Source: Cyanobacteriota bacterium
Lineage (GTDB): Bacteria; Cyanobacteriota; Cyanobacteriia; PCC-6307; Cyanobiaceae
Assembly (NCBI GenBank): GCA_046052125.1
Contig: JBJOMY010000004.1
Span: 128,001-192,000 of the forward strand
Length of the DNA: 64,000 nt
Direction: 5' to 3'
Positions 10,812 to 21,461 of this stretch are shown piece by piece; the stretch's first letter is position 1, and every line of letters starts with the position of its first letter. The notes under the pieces are model-generated. The model was given only the letters and a program-made list of their open reading frames with translations. It was not told the DNA's origin and ran no database searches. The translations under genes were made by a program, and so were the position numbers.

Positions 10812-11561
10812 TTAAATCACGGTCACCAGTCCTGTCTGCAGGTCGAAGTAGGTGGGCTGGATCCGGACCTTGCCCGCTGCTTGGGCATCCGCCAGGGTGG
10901 GGCTCCGCTTGATCAGCTTGGCGGCGGCGTAACGGGCGTTGCCCTTGATTGCCTGGGTGAGGTCGTCGCCAGGCTGAAGCGATTGCCGGATCGGTTTCAC
11001 AAGATCTTCCAGGAGCGGCGTAAGGGGATCACTGCCCATGGCAGCTTTAACGGCGCCGCAGCTGCTGTGGCCGATCACCAGGATCAACGGCACCTCTAGA
11101 ACCGCAACGCCGTATTCCAGGCTGGCGATGCCGTCGCTGTAAGCGTTATTGCCCGCCACGCGCACCTGGAACAGTTCGCCCGAGCCGAGGCCGAACATCC
11201 ATTCCGGGGCTACCCGGGCATCCGCGCAGCTCAGCAGGGCCGCCCAGGGCCGCTGCCCCTTGGTGAGGGACAGGGGGTTGATCTGGCAGCTGGTGTCAAA
11301 GATGGCCTGCTGGATCCGCATCCGTTCCTGCGGATTGTTGGATTGCATGCTGCGCTGCCAGGCCTTGCTGAAGATCCGGTTGCGTTGCAGCAAGGCCTCC
11401 AGCGGATCGCTGCTGGGGGTGCAGGCCTCCAGCTCCTTGCTTAGGTCCAGGGCTGCAGTGGGTGCAGCCTGGCTTGCGGAACGGCCTAGACCGGTCGCGG
11501 TGGCTCCAGCGCCGGCGGCCATGCCAAGAGCCTGTAGGGCGTGGCGGCGGCTGAATGGCAT
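10812..11561 (-). CDS. Beta-class carbonic anhydrase with Tat-like signal peptide
   Basis: CADARV and GHSSCGA zinc motifs, VRVAGN; N-terminus MPFSRRHALQALG. Confidence 0.9.
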   Translation of the reverse strand: MPFSRRHALQALGMAAGAGATATGLGRSASQAAPTAALDLSKELEACTPSSDPLEALLQRNRIFSKAWQRSMQSNNPQERMRIQQAIFDTSCQINPLSLTKGQRPWAALLSCADARVAPEWMFGLGSGELFQVRVAGNNAYSDGIASLEYGVAVLEVPLILVIGHSSCGAVKAAMGSDPLTPLLEDLVKPIRQSLQPGDDLTQAIKGNARYAAAKLIKRSPTLADAQAAGKVRIQPTYFDLQTGLVTVI

Positions 11562-11719
11562 CGGTGCGCTGGCGAGGGGCGGCGGCCTTGGGACTGGGCC
11601 GACTGCAAGCTGACCAGGACCGCCGCAGCGCGCCTCCGTGTGAATGATTTCGTTACAGGTCGAGGGCCTTCGCTCGAGGCCGCTCCGTAGCCTGAAATCG
11701 TGCCTTTGCATCCCAGCAC

Positions 11720-12448
11720 GTGAGCACGAGCCCTGCCGACCGGATCATCGTTGCCCTCGATGGCATGGCGCCGGAGCAGGCCCTCGCGTTCGCCCGGGCG
11801 GTGCCGGCGCTGCGCTGGGTGAAGGTGGGTCTGGAGCTGTTCGTGGCGGCTGGCCCTGCGGCGGTGCAACAGCTGCGCGATCAAGGCAAGCGGGTGTTCC
11901 TGGATCTCAAGTTCCACGACATCCCCGCCACCATGGCCGGGGCTTGTCGCAGTGCGGCGCGTCTCGGTGCTGAGTTGATCACTGTGCACGCCTGCGCCGG
12001 CCGTGAGGCGCTGGCGGCGGCCCAAGAGGCGGCGCAGGAGTCGGCCAGCGCTGCAGGGCTGCCTACCCCGACCCTGCTGGCGGTCACGGTGCTCACCAGC
12101 TGGGATCCGGCCCGTTTTGCCTCCGAGCTGGCCATCGATGAGCCGGTGCCTAGCTATGTGCCTCGCCTGGCTGAGCTGGCGGCCTCCGCCGGAATTGGTG
12201 GGTGTGTGTGCTCGCCCCTGGAGGTAGCAGCCCTACGGAGCGCCCATCCCCATCCCTTTGCGCTCGTCACCCCAGGGATCCGCCCATCGGGTGCGGCCCT
12301 GGGAGATCAGCAGCGGGTGATGACGCCCGCTCAGGCCATGGCCGCAGGCTCCAGTCAGTTGGTGATTGGCCGGCCGATCACGGCGGCTCTGGATCCAGCC
12401 GCAGCGTTCGCTGCCTGCTGCGCTGAGCTGGACGCCGGGTGTTCCTGA
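11720..12448 (+). CDS. pyrF: Orotidine-5'-phosphate decarboxylase
   Basis: [31 protein letters not shown]. Confidence 0.97.
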   Translation: MSTSPADRIIVALDGMAPEQALAFARAVPALRWVKVGLELFVAAGPAAVQQLRDQGKRVFLDLKFHDIPATMAGACRSAARLGAELITVHACAGREALAAAQEAAQESASAAGLPTPTLLAVTVLTSWDPARFASELAIDEPVPSYVPRLAELAASAGIGGCVCSPLEVAALRSAHPHPFALVTPGIRPSGAALGDQQRVMTPAQAMAAGSSQLVIGRPITAALDPAAAFAACCAELDAGCS

Positions 12449-13419
12449 TCCACAACCGCCCGGAGCAGGCACCGCTGCTGGCGGCGGCGGCCGTGAGTGC
12501 TTGCCGTCTAAGCGGCAGTTGGACCTCAGATCTGCAGCCGGCTTTGCTCGCGCTGTTGTTTGAGCGCCTGCTGGGGGTTGAGCTGGAGCTTGACGCTCTT
12601 CCTGTCGTGGAGCCGGCTCAGCTGGCCTGTGAGCTGCCGGAGCTCACCCAGCGGCGCGAGCTCATCGACTTGCTTGTGCTGCTCGAGATGGTCTGCCGGC
12701 CGATTCCGCCTGAATTGCAGGCTTCGGTGGAGCACTGGGCGTCTGCGCTGGGGGTGGAGGACAGCGCTGTGCTGCTGGCGCGCGATCTCACCCGCCAGGC
12801 TCAGGCCTGTGCCACGGCCGATTTTTATCGCCTCAACTGGATTGGGGAGGGCGACGATCAGCGCGATCCCCACTTTCAGCAGCTGCTCGAGCAGTACGGC
12901 ACGGCCGCCTATGCCCTCACCGTGGAGCCCGACCCTGCGGAGCAGCAGCGTTGGGCGGCCTTGGCGCAGTGCCCGCCGCAGAGCTTGGGCCGTGGCTTGT
13001 GGGACTTCTACCAAGAGCGGGGCTTCCGCCTGCCGGGCGAACCCGGTGCGGCGAATGCCGCCCTGGCCCATCACGACTGGGTGCATCTGGTGGCGGGCTA
13101 CGACACCACACCGATCGGTGAACTGGAGGTGACGGCCTTCATGGCGGCCGCCAGCTCCTCGCCTGGAGCGATGGTCGGCTTCCTCGGTGCCGTGAGCATC
13201 TACGAAACCGGCTTGCTGCAGAGCCTGGTGCTGCTGGATCACTACGGCCACACCCTCTCGGACCCGGGCGGCCGTGAGCGGGTGGCGACGGCGATCGCCC
13301 GGGGTGCCGGCTGCCGCGTGGATCCGCTCTTGGAGGTGGATTACTTCGACCTGGCCGAACAGCCGCTGCGGCTGATCCGTGAGCAGTGGGGCGTGGAACC
13401 GGATTCGCTGAGTGCTTAA
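12439..13419 (+). CDS. Hypothetical protein with a Coq4-like HDxxH..GE C-terminal domain
   Basis: 326-aa [12 protein letters not shown] and [20 protein letters not shown] motifs. Confidence 0.6.
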   Translation: MFLIHNRPEQAPLLAAAAVSACRLSGSWTSDLQPALLALLFERLLGVELELDALPVVEPAQLACELPELTQRRELIDLLVLLEMVCRPIPPELQASVEHWASALGVEDSAVLLARDLTRQAQACATADFYRLNWIGEGDDQRDPHFQQLLEQYGTAAYALTVEPDPAEQQRWAALAQCPPQSLGRGLWDFYQERGFRLPGEPGAANAALAHHDWVHLVAGYDTTPIGELEVTAFMAAASSSPGAMVGFLGAVSIYETGLLQSLVLLDHYGHTLSDPGGRERVATAIARGAGCRVDPLLEVDYFDLAEQPLRLIREQWGVEPDSLSA

Positions 13420-14609
13420 GCCGCCAGGCTCCCCTGAGGCACCAGTTCGGCGTAGAGCTGCTCCAGCTGGTCGATGTTGCGGCTGAGGGTGTAGCGCTCC
13501 AGCGCCCGTTGGCGGGCGCGGCGGCCGAGCTCCGCGGTGAGCACGGGTTGATCACGCAACACCGGCAACAGCGTGCGGAGTTGTGTGGTTACGCCTTGGG
13601 TGCTGATCACAATGCCGGCGCCCCCATCGAGCACTTCGCCATCGGCGCCGGCATCGGTGGCCACGCAGGCGGTGCCGCTGGCCATCGCCTCCAGCAGCGC
13701 CAGGCTCAGCCCCTCCACCAGGGAAGGCAGCAGGAACACCTCCGCCAGTTGCAGCAGGGCCAGCCGCTTGGCTTGATCAGGTTCATGGCCCCACCAGTTC
13801 ACCTGGATCTCTGGGCCGTAGGTCTGCATCAGTGATTGGCGCACTGGGCCATCACCCACCACCACGAGCGTGCAGCCCGCAGGTTGCACCAGCCGCCAGG
13901 CCCTCAACAGGGCTTCCACGTTTTTCTCGGTGGCGATGCGGCCCATGTAGAGGAACACCCTGCGGCCAGCGAAGCGCTGCTTCAGCTCTTGCAGCTCCTT
14001 GGAATCGGATCCGGGGATGCCGGGTTTCCACTGCTCGGGCTCAACGCCATTGGGGATCACCACCAGCCGATTGGCCGGAACCCCGAGCCGCATCAGCACA
14101 TCGGCCTGCAGATCGGAGAACACCACGACTCGGTCGTAGCGGGCCAGCGATGGGGCGTAGAGCTGATAGGTGAGCTGCTGGGTGCCCGAGCTCAGGTTGC
14201 GCAGGGCAGCATCGAACGGCGGATGAAACGTGGCCACCAAGGGGAGGCCCAGTTGCTGGCAGAGATCGGGAAGCCGGAAATCGAGTGGAGAGAGCGTGAG
14301 GCTGGCGTGCACCAGATCAGGTCGCAGCCGCTCAAGCGATTCCCGCAGCTCCCGCTGTGCCCCTGGCGAGGGGATTGTGTACACCTGCGACTTCACCAGA
14401 TAGGGCAGGGCCACTTCCGGGTTGGCATCGCTGCTGCCGAGGCCAAGGCCTGGGTCTTCGGCTGATCGGCCCAGCCCCCCAGCGGGCGTGTCGAAATGAA
14501 TGAAGCTGATCTCGTGGCCGCGGCTGCGCAGGGCCTCTGTTGTGGTCAGGCCGTAGGTGACATTGCCGCAGAAGGGCGATTTCTTGCCCAGCCAGGCGAT
14601 ATGGACCAC
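13416..14609 (-). CDS. Glycosyltransferase family 4
   Basis: VIPNGVE, YMGRIATEKN, PSLVEGLSLALLEAMASG. Confidence 0.92.
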   Translation of the reverse strand: MVHIAWLGKKSPFCGNVTYGLTTTEALRSRGHEISFIHFDTPAGGLGRSAEDPGLGLGSSDANPEVALPYLVKSQVYTIPSPGAQRELRESLERLRPDLVHASLTLSPLDFRLPDLCQQLGLPLVATFHPPFDAALRNLSSGTQQLTYQLYAPSLARYDRVVVFSDLQADVLMRLGVPANRLVVIPNGVEPEQWKPGIPGSDSKELQELKQRFAGRRVFLYMGRIATEKNVEALLRAWRLVQPAGCTLVVVGDGPVRQSLMQTYGPEIQVNWWGHEPDQAKRLALLQLAEVFLLPSLVEGLSLALLEAMASGTACVATDAGADGEVLDGGAGIVISTQGVTTQLRTLLPVLRDQPVLTAELGRRARQRALERYTLSRNIDQLEQLYAELVPQGSLAA

Positions 14610-14639
14610 TCGGGCGCAGCGCTCGATCCTGAGCCGACG

Positions 14640-16013
14640 CTAGCAGCGTTCCCAGGGCCTCTCCAGAAGGGCAGCAGCAAGGGCCAGCGCCGCCAGAACC
14701 CAGAGCACCGGGAGCAATCCATAGCGGCTCACCACGGTTCCCGCCAGCACCAACGGCAGGCTGAGGGCAATGTTGATCAGGTTGTTCTGGAGCCCGAACA
14801 CCTTGCCCCGCATCGCCTCCGGGGTGTCTTCCTGGATGGTGGTCTGGGCAGGAATCGCCAGTAAGGCTGCGCCCACCCCAAGCACGGCGCAGAGGGTGAG
14901 GGTGGGGGTGAGGCTGCCCCGCAGCTGGCCGAGCAACACCAGGCTCCAGGCGATCGTGCCAAGGCCAGTGGAAGCGAGCCGGCGGCGGTTGAAGCGATGC
15001 CCCACCTGAGCCACGGCCACAGCGCCCACGGCCAGGCCGACGCCACTCATCGCCAGCAGGGTGCCGAACTGGGTAGGGCCGAGCTGCTGAATGGCCGAGG
15101 CGAGGCTGATGGCCAGCACGTACAAGGCCGCCAGCAGGCTGTAGAGGAGCACCAGCTGCAAGAGCGCGCTGCGCACACTCGGACGCTCGCGCAGCACCTG
15201 CAGGCCGTCAGCCATTTCCTGCCAAACGGTTTGCTCCCGTTCCTGGCGAGGGGTTTCCTCCACGCGGATCCAGGCAATCGAGAGGGCCGCCAGGCCGTAG
15301 CAAAGCGGTAGAAGCGCAAATTCGCCGTTGGCGATGCCGATCGAACCGAGCCAGAACTTCAGCAGCCGCAGGATCGGATCACCCAGGGCAAAGCCCACGA
15401 TCGTGGCCCCCATGCTGGTGGCCTGATACAGGGAATTGGCGGCTAGCAATTGGCGGGTGGGCACCAGCATCGGGATGGCGGCCTGCTCGGCTGGGGCAAA
15501 AAATTGGGTGAGCACCGATTCGAGAAAGGTGATCACCAGCAGCGCCCAGTAACCCCAACTCAGCCCGAGCCATTCGGGTCCATCCAGCAGGCTCAGGGGT
15601 GCCAGCAAGGTGAGCACCGCGCGGATGCCATTGCTGGCCACCATCACTTCCCGCTTGGGCCAGCGGTCGGCCCAGACCCCGGCCACCAGGCCCAGCACCA
15701 TCGCTGGAATCGTGTTGGCCACGTAGATCCCAGTGGCCAGAAGGGTGATCAGCTGGGCGCGGCTGTCGATGCTGAAGCGAAAGGCTCCGGCCGCTTCAGC
15801 CAGGGCTCCGTCGCTCGGCAGTGGTGCTGTCACCCAGTACTGGGCGATCAGAAACACCATCAACACGATGTAGAACTTGTCCGCCAGCTGGCTGAAGATC
15901 TGGCCGAGCCAGAGCTTGCGGAATTCCGGCAGCGCCAGCACGGCTTGCAGGCCAGTCGATCTTGACGCTTCGCTCAAGGGGGGAATCGGCTGTGACCTGG
16001 TGTTCCGGATCAC
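14640..16013 (-). CDS. MFS transporter
   Basis: FRKLWLGQIFSQLAD, GVWADRWPKR, MRGKVFG; multiple TM segments; GTGA overlap with the recO stop (start uncertain). Confidence 0.9.
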   Translation of the reverse strand: MIRNTRSQPIPPLSEASRSTGLQAVLALPEFRKLWLGQIFSQLADKFYIVLMVFLIAQYWVTAPLPSDGALAEAAGAFRFSIDSRAQLITLLATGIYVANTIPAMVLGLVAGVWADRWPKREVMVASNGIRAVLTLLAPLSLLDGPEWLGLSWGYWALLVITFLESVLTQFFAPAEQAAIPMLVPTRQLLAANSLYQATSMGATIVGFALGDPILRLLKFWLGSIGIANGEFALLPLCYGLAALSIAWIRVEETPRQEREQTVWQEMADGLQVLRERPSVRSALLQLVLLYSLLAALYVLAISLASAIQQLGPTQFGTLLAMSGVGLAVGAVAVAQVGHRFNRRRLASTGLGTIAWSLVLLGQLRGSLTPTLTLCAVLGVGAALLAIPAQTTIQEDTPEAMRGKVFGLQNNLINIALSLPLVLAGTVVSRYGLLPVLWVLAALALAAALLERPWERC

Positions 16014-16825
16014 GATGATGCCCCACGGCCACCACTGATGGCGCTTTCGCCAAAGCACTGGCGCAGCAGCTTCCAGGAGCGTGGGCTGCGGCCGAGGTGT
16101 TCGCGGCTCCACAGCTCCACTAGTTGCAGCAAGCGCAGCCACACCGGCCATGGCCCCATCAGCTCGCCGTCGCGGCGACGTGGCAAAGCAGGGCGCAGCA
16201 GGCGTTGCAGCAGGGCGAGCTCAGAGGCATTGAGCACCAGCTGTGCCCCGGCCACGGCTCCGATCACGAAGCCTTCGCCGGGCAGGAGGCTGCAGCGCCA
16301 CTCCCAGTTGCCGAGTGGCGGCTCGAGCCGCGTGCCACTGCGTGCACAGCAGGCCAGCGGTAGGGCGTAGCCCCCTAGGGCCAGCAGATGCACCACCCCT
16401 TGAACGGCAATCGCAAGGGCTTCAACGCTCTCCTGGCGCTCCTGCACCACCAGCTCCAGCCGGCTCAATTGCAGCAGTAGATCCTCGAGAACCCCCTCCA
16501 CAGCCTCGCCGCTGGGCACCAGCAGCAGCGTTTGCTCAGCTAGCCCCTGAGCCGCCGCTAGTGTTTCCAGCCGCTCGGCCAGGGCGGCGAAATTGCGCAG
16601 CACCCTGAGCTGGCGCACGCGTTTGAGGCTGCTCCGTCCGCCGGCCTGCAACTGCAGCACCGCCAATGGAACGGCGGCTGCCATCGAGCTTTTGGGCTTC
16701 CGGGCCCCGGGCGCCGCCAGCCGGATCACTCCCTCGCTGGCGCTGAGCAGCGTGATCAGGCGGTCGCTTTCGCCCAGCGCACTGCTGCGCAGCACGAGGC
16801 CTTCGAGTCGCTGCTCGGCGCTCAA
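16010..16825 (-). CDS. recO: DNA repair protein RecO
   Basis: GLVLRSSALGESDRLITLLS...GARKPKS. Confidence 0.9.
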   Translation of the reverse strand: MSAEQRLEGLVLRSSALGESDRLITLLSASEGVIRLAAPGARKPKSSMAAAVPLAVLQLQAGGRSSLKRVRQLRVLRNFAALAERLETLAAAQGLAEQTLLLVPSGEAVEGVLEDLLLQLSRLELVVQERQESVEALAIAVQGVVHLLALGGYALPLACCARSGTRLEPPLGNWEWRCSLLPGEGFVIGAVAGAQLVLNASELALLQRLLRPALPRRRDGELMGPWPVWLRLLQLVELWSREHLGRSPRSWKLLRQCFGESAISGGRGASS

Positions 16826-17520
16826 GGCTCGCCGCTGGCAGCGGAGCTGCCCTGATCCCCCTGTCGCAGGGCCTGAATCAGAGCGACGCCCCGGCTGGTG
16901 CCCAGTCGGCTGGCACCAGCCTCCACCAGCTCGAAGGCTTGCTCCAGGCTGCTGATGCCGCCCGAGGCCTTCACGGCCGCCCGGCCTCGCGCCAGCTGCC
17001 GCAGCTGCGTCACCTGGGCCACCGTGGCCGCTGGGCCGAAGCCGCTGCCGGTTTTGAGCATGGCTGCCCCAACATCGATGCTGGCTTCCACGGCCAGCTC
17101 CAGGGCTGCGGGGCTGAGTCGCCCCACCTCAAGAATCACCTTCACCGGTAGGCCCAGTTCCACGATCGGGGCCAGGTCGTTGCAGAAGCGGCTGCTGTCG
17201 CCATCGGCGAGGGCACCGAAGTCAGGCACCACATCCAGCTCCTCCGCGCCGGCTGCCGCCGCCCATTCCGCCTCAGCGCGTTTGATCACCGCCGGCACGG
17301 CTCCGAAGGGGAATCCCACCACGCTCACCAGTCGAGGCCCCCGCCCGCCGCTCGGCCCGAGCCGCTCGCGCGCCTCGGGCAGCCAGCGCGAGGCCACGCA
17401 CACTCCGGCGAATCCGAAGTGACGCGCTTCATCGCAGCAGCGCAGCACCGCTTCACGGCCCTGATGGGGATCCAGCAGGGCGTGATCGATCAGCGGTGCG
17501 AGATCAGGCAGGTCGCGCAA
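16822..17520 (-). CDS. deoC: Deoxyribose-phosphate aldolase
   Basis: IDHALL, VVGFPFG, KVILE, VKASGGI, RLGTS. Confidence 0.95.
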   Translation of the reverse strand: MRDLPDLAPLIDHALLDPHQGREAVLRCCDEARHFGFAGVCVASRWLPEARERLGPSGGRGPRLVSVVGFPFGAVPAVIKRAEAEWAAAAGAEELDVVPDFGALADGDSSRFCNDLAPIVELGLPVKVILEVGRLSPAALELAVEASIDVGAAMLKTGSGFGPAATVAQVTQLRQLARGRAAVKASGGISSLEQAFELVEAGASRLGTSRGVALIQALRQGDQGSSAASGEP

Positions 17521-17565
17521 GCGGGGAGGGCTCAGCAGGTCGGGCCAGTCTGGGCGACTTCCACG

Positions 17566-18153
17566 TCAGCCCTTGGCCTGGATCACCCCGTAGCCGCCGT
17601 GGTTGCGGCGATACACCACCTGGAGTTCACCGCTGCCGGCATCACGGAACAGATAGAAGTCGTGGTCGATCAGCTCCAGCTGATGCAGCGCCTCATCCAG
17701 GCTCATCGCCGGCATGGCGAAGTATTTGCGCCGGACCCCACGGCTGGGCAGGGCGGCTTCCTTGCCATCGACCAGGGAGCCGCTCACCGCGTCGTCACCG
17801 GCTAGTTCCGCCAGGCTCGGGGTGGCGCTGGCGTGATGGCCTGCGCTGTGGTGATGGTCGCCGTGGCGGTCTTTGTAGCGCCGGAGTTGGCGGGTGAGTT
17901 TGCCTGCCACCAGATCGATGCTGGCGTACAGGTTTTCGCTGCGTTCCTGAGCCCGGATCACCGTGCCGTTGGCAAACACGGTCACCTCGGCGGTTTGTTG
18001 CGGCACCCGCGGATTGCGGGCCACCGAGAGATGCACGTCCGCCTCCTTCACCATCCCATCGAAATGACCGATGGCTCGCTTGAGCTTGTCTTCGGTGTAG
18101 TCGCGAATGGCTGGAGTGACCTCCAGGTTGCGTCCGTGGATCAACAACTTCAT
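17566..18153 (-). CDS. hpf: Ribosome hibernation promoting factor, long form (LrtA/RaiA family)
   Basis: MKLLIHGRNLEVTPAIRDY, NLYASIDLV, VVYRRNHGGYGVI. Confidence 0.93.
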   Translation of the reverse strand: MKLLIHGRNLEVTPAIRDYTEDKLKRAIGHFDGMVKEADVHLSVARNPRVPQQTAEVTVFANGTVIRAQERSENLYASIDLVAGKLTRQLRRYKDRHGDHHHSAGHHASATPSLAELAGDDAVSGSLVDGKEAALPSRGVRRKYFAMPAMSLDEALHQLELIDHDFYLFRDAGSGELQVVYRRNHGGYGVIQAKG

Positions 18154-18200
18154 CCCTTGCCTCCCGGGCGATGGGCTCGCTTGAACGCTAGGAACGGTGC

Positions 18201-18884
18201 GTGATTTCCACCACGGGCGACGCAATCTGTTTTGAGCCTGCGGGGCTGGTGCCATTCCCGCGGGCCTGGGCTTGGCAACAGCAGCTGCAGCAGCGGTTGC
18301 TGGCGGATCCCATCGGTCCCGACGCACTGCTGCTGCTCGAACACGAGCCCTGCTACACCCTTGGCCGCGGGGCTGATCAGGCTTTTCTGAACTTCGATCC
18401 GGCCGACCCACCCGCACCCTTATTCCGGATTGATCGCGGTGGTGAGGTGACGCACCACTGCCCGGGGCAGCTGGTGCTCTATCCAGTACTCAACCTCCAG
18501 CGCCATGGCGCCGACCTGCACCTTTATCTCAGGGAGCTGGAGGGGGTGGTGATCGATCTGCTGGCCGAGCTCGGGCTGCAGGCGGAACGACTCAGTGGCC
18601 TCACCGGTGTGTGGCTGGAGGGACGCAAGATCGCCGCCATCGGTGTGGGGGCGCGGCGCTGGATCTCTCAGCACGGCCTGGCGCTGAATGTGGAGGCTGA
18701 CCTGGCCGGATTTGCCCGGGTGGTGCCCTGCGGCATCGCCGATCGGCCGGTGGCACGGCTGGTGGATTGGCGGCCGGAGCTCACGGCGGCGGCCCTGCGG
18801 CCGATGTTGTTGCGCTGTTTCAGCCGCCGGTTCGGGCTCAGCCTGCGGCCTCCCACTCGCCAGGAAGGCCTGCAGGGGTGGTAA
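18201..18884 (+). CDS. lipB: Octanoyltransferase
   Basis: [35 protein letters not shown]. Confidence 0.95.
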   Translation: MISTTGDAICFEPAGLVPFPRAWAWQQQLQQRLLADPIGPDALLLLEHEPCYTLGRGADQAFLNFDPADPPAPLFRIDRGGEVTHHCPGQLVLYPVLNLQRHGADLHLYLRELEGVVIDLLAELGLQAERLSGLTGVWLEGRKIAAIGVGARRWISQHGLALNVEADLAGFARVVPCGIADRPVARLVDWRPELTAAALRPMLLRCFSRRFGLSLRPPTRQEGLQGW

Positions 18885-18908
18885 GACCGGGCCACCTGAA
18901 TCGCTTCG

Positions 18909-20840
18909 ATGCCCACCGCTGAGATCAACTGGAGCGGCAGCCGCCAGGATCAGCGGGCCCTGGCCGCTCGCCCGGATTGGAGTGCTCTCACCGGCCTTGA
19001 GCAGCTGTGGGGGCCGTTGGCCGAACGCCATGGGGATGCCACCGCACTGGATGCCCCCCATGCCAAGCCGCCGGAGCAGCTGAGCTTCCGCGATCTTCAC
19101 GCCCGCATTGAGCAGGCGGCTGCAGGGTTTGCAGCCCTCGGTGTGAAGCCGGGCGAGGTGGTGGCTTTGTTTTCGGAGAACAGCCCCCGTTGGCTCGTGG
19201 CTGATCAGGCCCTGATGCGCCTGGGTGCCGCCGATGCAGTGCGTGGCAGTGCGGCGCCGGTGGAGGAGTTGCGCTACATCGCCGCCGATTGCGGGGCCGT
19301 GGCTCTGGTGCTCGAGTCGGCGGAGTTGCTGTCGCGGCTGAAGCTCAGCAGCGAGTTGCTGGGCCAACTGCGCTTTGTGGTGGTGCTGCAGGGCGATCGC
19401 GGCTCAGTGGTGCCGGTGTTGCCCTGTTTCACCTGGGAGGAGCTGATGGCCCGCGGCGCCGCAGCCCCCGCGCCGGCCTGGCCCCAAGGGGGCGATCAAC
19501 GCCTGGCCACCGTGCTGTACACCTCCGGCACCACGGGCCAACCCAAAGGCGTGCCCCTCAGCCACGCCAACCTGCTGCACCAGCTGCGCCATCTCGGCGT
19601 GGCCGTGGCTTCGCAGCCTGGCGATCGGGTGCTGAGTGTGCTGCCGATCTGGCATGCCTACGAGCGCAGCGCCGAATATTTCCTGCTCGCCTGCGGCTGC
19701 TCGCAGACCTACACCAACCTCAAGCAGCTGCGGCCCGATTTGCAACGGGTGCGGCCCCACTATCTGATCAGCGTGCCGCGTCTGTGGGAGGCTCTGCTCA
19801 GCGGCTTTGAGGATGCGCTGGCGGCGATGCCCTCCGCTCGCCAGAAGCTGCTCCGCTCCGCCTTGGGCCTGAGCCGCTACCACTGCCTCTCACGGCGGGT
19901 GGCGGCCGATCGCACCCTCGCTCCCGAGCCGGCCGGGCGCCGGTTGCTGGCGGCGGGTGGGGCGCTGTTGAGCTGGCCCTTGCATGGCCTGGCCAGCCGC
20001 GTGCTTTGGCCCAAGGTGCGCCAGCAGCTGATCGGTGGCCGTTTGCGCACGGCCATCAGCGGTGGAGGTGCCCTGGCGATCCACGTGGATGGCTTCTTTG
20101 AGGCGGTGGGGATTGAGCTGTTGGTGGGCTACGGCCTCACCGAAACCAGCCCCGTGCTCACCTGCCGCCGCCGCTGGAACAACCGCCGCGGCAGCTCCGG
20201 CCAGCCCCTGCCGGGCACGGCGATCCGGATTGTTGATCCCGAGAGCGGTGCGCTGCTCCAGGTGGGCCAGCGGGGCCGCGTGCTGGCCAGAGGGCCCCAG
20301 GTGATGGGGGGCTATCTGGGCAAACCCGAAGCCACCGCCAAGGTGCTGGATGCGCAGGGTTGGTTTGACACCGGCGATCTGGGCCAACTTTTGGCTGATG
20401 GAACCCTGGTGCTCACCGGCCGCGCTAAGGACACGATCGTGCTCAGCAGCGGCGAGAACATCGAACCGGGCCCCCTGGAGGAGTGCCTGGTGGCCTGCAC
20501 CCTGGTGGAGCAGGTGATGCTCGTGGGGCAAGACCGCAAAGCTCTTGGAGCCCTGGTGGTGCCCAAGGCCGAGGCCCTGGCCAACTGGGCCCGCGAGGAG
20601 GGGCTGCCGCTGCCGCAGGGCAGCGCCGCCGACCCGGCGTTGCTCAAGGCGCTCACCGGCAGGCTCAATCGCCGCTTGCAGGCGCGTGCCGGTGCCCGCC
20701 CGGATGAGCGCCTGGCCGGTGTGGCCCTGGTGGAGCCGTTCACCCTCGACAACGGCCTGCTCACCCAGACCCTCAAGCAGAAGCGCGATCGCATTGCCGA
20801 GCGCGATGCGGCGGCGATCGAGGCGATCTACGGCCGTTGA
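18909..20840 (+). CDS. Long-chain acyl-ACP/CoA synthetase (Aas-like)
   Basis: YTSGTTGQPKG, GYGLTET, FDTGDLG, GRAKDTIVLSSGENIEP. Confidence 0.9.
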   Translation: MPTAEINWSGSRQDQRALAARPDWSALTGLEQLWGPLAERHGDATALDAPHAKPPEQLSFRDLHARIEQAAAGFAALGVKPGEVVALFSENSPRWLVADQALMRLGAADAVRGSAAPVEELRYIAADCGAVALVLESAELLSRLKLSSELLGQLRFVVVLQGDRGSVVPVLPCFTWEELMARGAAAPAPAWPQGGDQRLATVLYTSGTTGQPKGVPLSHANLLHQLRHLGVAVASQPGDRVLSVLPIWHAYERSAEYFLLACGCSQTYTNLKQLRPDLQRVRPHYLISVPRLWEALLSGFEDALAAMPSARQKLLRSALGLSRYHCLSRRVAADRTLAPEPAGRRLLAAGGALLSWPLHGLASRVLWPKVRQQLIGGRLRTAISGGGALAIHVDGFFEAVGIELLVGYGLTETSPVLTCRRRWNNRRGSSGQPLPGTAIRIVDPESGALLQVGQRGRVLARGPQVMGGYLGKPEATAKVLDAQGWFDTGDLGQLLADGTLVLTGRAKDTIVLSSGENIEPGPLEECLVACTLVEQVMLVGQDRKALGALVVPKAEALANWAREEGLPLPQGSAADPALLKALTGRLNRRLQARAGARPDERLAGVALVEPFTLDNGLLTQTLKQKRDRIAERDAAAIEAIYGR

Positions 20841-20944
20841 TCTGCACCGTTGCGTTGGCGGGTGAACGGGCCGGAAACCCGCCCGGCCGCTGCGTTGCCC
20901 CAGCCGCCCAACGCTGACAACCTGTGCGCTGATTGTTCAGACCC

Positions 20945-21388
20945 ATGGCCGACGGCAGCCTCTCGATCAAGCGCTCGATCACCGTGCGCGCCGTGGTGAC
21001 CCCTCGCTGGAAAGAGGACGCCGAACGCGAGATCAGCAATGCCATCGCCGGCAGTGATGCCCAGCTGGCGCAGCTTGAGCAGGAAGGTCAGCAGCTGGTG
21101 GATGCGATCCGCAGCCAGAGCGCCAATCCCCTTGATCCCCGCGTGCAGGACCAGGTGGCCTCGGTTCAGGAGCAGGTGGCTGCCAAGCGGGCTGAGCTCG
21201 AGGAGCAGAAGCGTCAGCTGATCGAGCAGCAGCGGCAGGTGCGCGATCTGGAGATGGAGCAGATCGTGGAGCAGGGCCAGCTGGAGAGCTTCTGCGATGT
21301 GAGTGTCGGCGACAACCTCGTGGAGAAGTTGTCGGTGTCTGTCGTGGTGCGCGATGGGGTGATCGAAGCGATCGAAGGCACCCTCTGA
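20945..21388 (+). CDS. YlqD family protein
   Basis: IKRSITVRAVVT...coiled coil...VGDNL...RDGVI. Confidence 0.8.
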   Translation: MADGSLSIKRSITVRAVVTPRWKEDAEREISNAIAGSDAQLAQLEQEGQQLVDAIRSQSANPLDPRVQDQVASVQEQVAAKRAELEEQKRQLIEQQRQVRDLEMEQIVEQGQLESFCDVSVGDNLVEKLSVSVVVRDGVIEAIEGTL

Positions 21389-21461
21389 TCAGCTGCTGCG
21401 CCAGCACAGGGCGGGGAAGCGAGCCACGTAAAATCCGCCCCAATTGCGCGGCAGACCTCCG

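Noticed and set aside
11638..11660. TGTGAATGATTTCGTTACA between the carbonic anhydrase and pyrF, as an NtcA or CRP site
   Set aside because: The half-site spacing fits neither GTA-N8-TAC nor TGTGA-N6-TCACA.
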